Origin: Mobula birostris
Lineage: Eukaryota
Direction of reading: 5' to 3'
NCBI RefSeq assembly: GCF_030028105.1
Contig: NC_092392.1
Location: 23,018,613-23,082,612 of the forward strand
Length of the DNA stretch: 64,000 nucleotides
The notes under the pieces are model-generated. The model did not search any database, was not told the DNA's origin, and saw only the letters and a list, made by a program, of their open reading frames with translations. Position 1 is the first letter of the stretch. Each line of letters begins with the position of its first letter. Of this stretch, positions 62,068 through 64,000 are shown in pieces. A program made the translations under genes and the position numbers.

Positions 62068-63430
62068 TATACTCAGTGGCCACTTTATTAGGTACCTAAA
62101 AAAGTGGTCACTGAGTGTATGCTCAAAATCCTGGAAGTCCTGTACTCTTTTCCTAGATGCTGCCTGGCCTGCAGAGTTCCTCCAGCATTTTGTGTGTTGC
62201 TCAGATTTCCAGCATCTGCAGATTTTCTCTTGTTTGTGAATATATGCTTTTGGGTTTTCTACTGTTTGCAGCCTATCCATTTGTGTTCGATGTGTTGTGA
62301 GTTCAGAGATGCTCTTCTGCACAGCACTGTTGTAATGTGTGATTATTTGATTTTCTGTCACCTACCTGTCAGCTTGAACCAGTCTGACCATTCACCTCTG
62401 ACCTCTCTCTCATTAATAAGGCACTTCTGCCCCAAGAGCAGCTGCTTTTATTGTTTTCACACCATTCTTTGTAACCTCTAGAGACTCCTGGGTTAAGATG
62501 GCACTGGTGAAACAAAGTGACGACTTGCTGTCAGCAAACAGAACTACTTTATTAATCACACTGCTTCTGGAAAATAGCCTGCAACTTCCCTTTCAGAGTT
62601 GAGTATTTGAACCTGGCATTTTTGTGGTATAAACTGATGTCTCGAAGGTGCAAGACAGTTGCAGCCTGGCACATACAGACTGAACTGAGGCAGTGGAGAC
62701 TGGGCCCGAGAAAGGGCAATGAGACAATGAGTTGCCATTGCTGGAGCAGACATGGAGCTGAATTGAAGCAGCAGAACTGAGGCAAGCTGCGATGAGTCAT
62801 GGCAGAGTCAAGGTGGCAGGGCCCAGGCCTGAGGGCAAAGAACAAGCCGACGTTTGACCGATTTAAGTGCCAGGCCAGATTGAAAAGGTCAGGGTGTCGG
62901 GGCTGGAGGAGATGGATGGACCGGTATTCAGCTCACTGCTCGGGGAGATTTACTCATCTCTGCGCTGAACTGTGGCTACAGCCTGCAACAAATAGGCTCC
63001 TGGATCGGCTGTGCCCAGCTTCGTGACTGTGGACTCACTTTTGTGAACTTCATTTCTGAATGTTATTTCCTTACTTTTATTGTTTGCACAATTTGTTTTT
63101 TTCTGCACATCGGATGTTTGACAGTCTTTTTTTAATGGGTTTTATTGGATTTCTTTGTTTTATGGCTGTCTGGATTGAGTCAAATCTCAAGGTTGCATAT
63201 AATATACATACTTTGATAATAAATTAACTTTGAACTTTGAAACTGTTGTGCATAAAAAATTCAGGAGATCAGCATTTTCTGAGATACACATACCACCCCA
63301 TCTGACACCAGCAATCATTCCACGGTCAAAATCACTTAGATCACATTTCCTCCCCATTCTGACGTTTGATCTGAACAACAACTGAATCTACATGCTTTTG
63401 TGCATTGGATTGCTGCCACATGATTGGTTG
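62068..63430 (-). mobile_element. Non-autonomous Tc1-derived element with nested inserts
   Basis: Palindromic double TIR at 62066-62121; MGRKCDLSDFDRGMIAG at 63240-63380; Penelope fragment at about 62135-62237 and a retroposon at 62488-63240 inside. Confidence 0.85.
62488..63240 (+). mobile_element. Non-autonomous retroposon with AAGATGGC head and Rex/Babar-type tail
   Basis: TTAAGATGGCAC start; ends TTTGATAATAAATTAACTTTGAACTTTGA, like the LINE tail at 12820-12845. Confidence 0.65.
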
Positions 63431-63431
63431 A

Positions 63432-63468
<37 letters not shown>
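63432..63468. repeat. (CT)n(CA)n microsatellite
   Basis: Directly visible. Confidence 0.9.
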
Positions 63469-63469
<1 letters not shown>

Positions 63470-64000
63470 CCCTAACTTGTGGATTACATTACTGCACTTT
63501 CACCTCTGTCATAAATTAACATGAAACACTGAACTGATAGGTGAGTTCCCTGTCCATTGTGGTACTGATCAAGGGAGATCACTTCCATCTCTCAGCTAAG
63601 TTGAAAAAGATTAGCAAAACCAGAGCAAACAGCACAAACCCACTGAAGCTTCTATAAGGGTTCTTCTTCCTGAACACTCCCCAGTAACCCTGTGTGCAAA
63701 CAATCCTTCTCCCAAGGTAAATGGACAGGGAAAAAATAGCTTTTTTCTGTGATGTAAAAATACTTGCCAAGCACAAAATATGCGTTACCTTGGATAAAGT
63801 GCTGACGGAAGCTAGAAAGGGTTTTTTTTTGATGTGCTGATGGAATTTTGTGTAGGAATGAACAGAAATTATGTTTTTTTACACAATTCTAATGTCCTCT
63901 ATGCAGTGAAGAGGGAACTATACTTTGAAGTCAAGTTTCTAATATTTTTGTAGATGTTGAAGCTTTCACATGGGTTTTAACTACAAAAGTTAAAGGAAGG

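Noticed and set aside
63480-63820. Cluster of splice-like signals (AG|GTGAGT, AAG|GTAAAT, minus-strand AAG|GTAACG)
   Set aside because: No consistent open frame from a good acceptor, and a non-coding exon cannot be supported from sequence alone.
1-64000. CRISPR arrays, operons or prokaryotic defence systems
   Set aside because: The sequence is vertebrate repeat-rich DNA with no regularly spaced repeat-spacer array or gene-dense segment.

Overview
Repeat-dense vertebrate genomic DNA. The repeat complement (CR1 LINEs with SGNH-esterase ORF1, V-SINE/HE1-like SINEs, Penelope, Rex/Babar-like LINEs) points by inference to a cartilaginous fish, probably a ray. I could not identify an intact host gene, so the window looks intronic or intergenic. 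Nearly all ORFs in the track are decayed transposon pieces. These include two large CR1 copies, an RTE LINE with a 10-bp TSD, an R4/Dong-type LINE in a TAA-rich tract, two Gypsy remnants, a 1.2-kb solo LTR, Penelope fragments with minimal hammerhead motifs, six copies of a non-autonomous Tc1 derivative, and several SINEs. The standout is a 178-bp GC/CpG-rich insert (34471-34648) matching 5' coding sequence of ZFTRAF1/CYHR1 but circularly permuted. Its right end rejoins its left end with no base lost or duplicated to restore [22 protein letters not shown], the expected footprint of a reintegrated nucleosome-sized extrachromosomal circle. Family assignments come from motif recognition, not database searches, and most TE boundaries are approximate.
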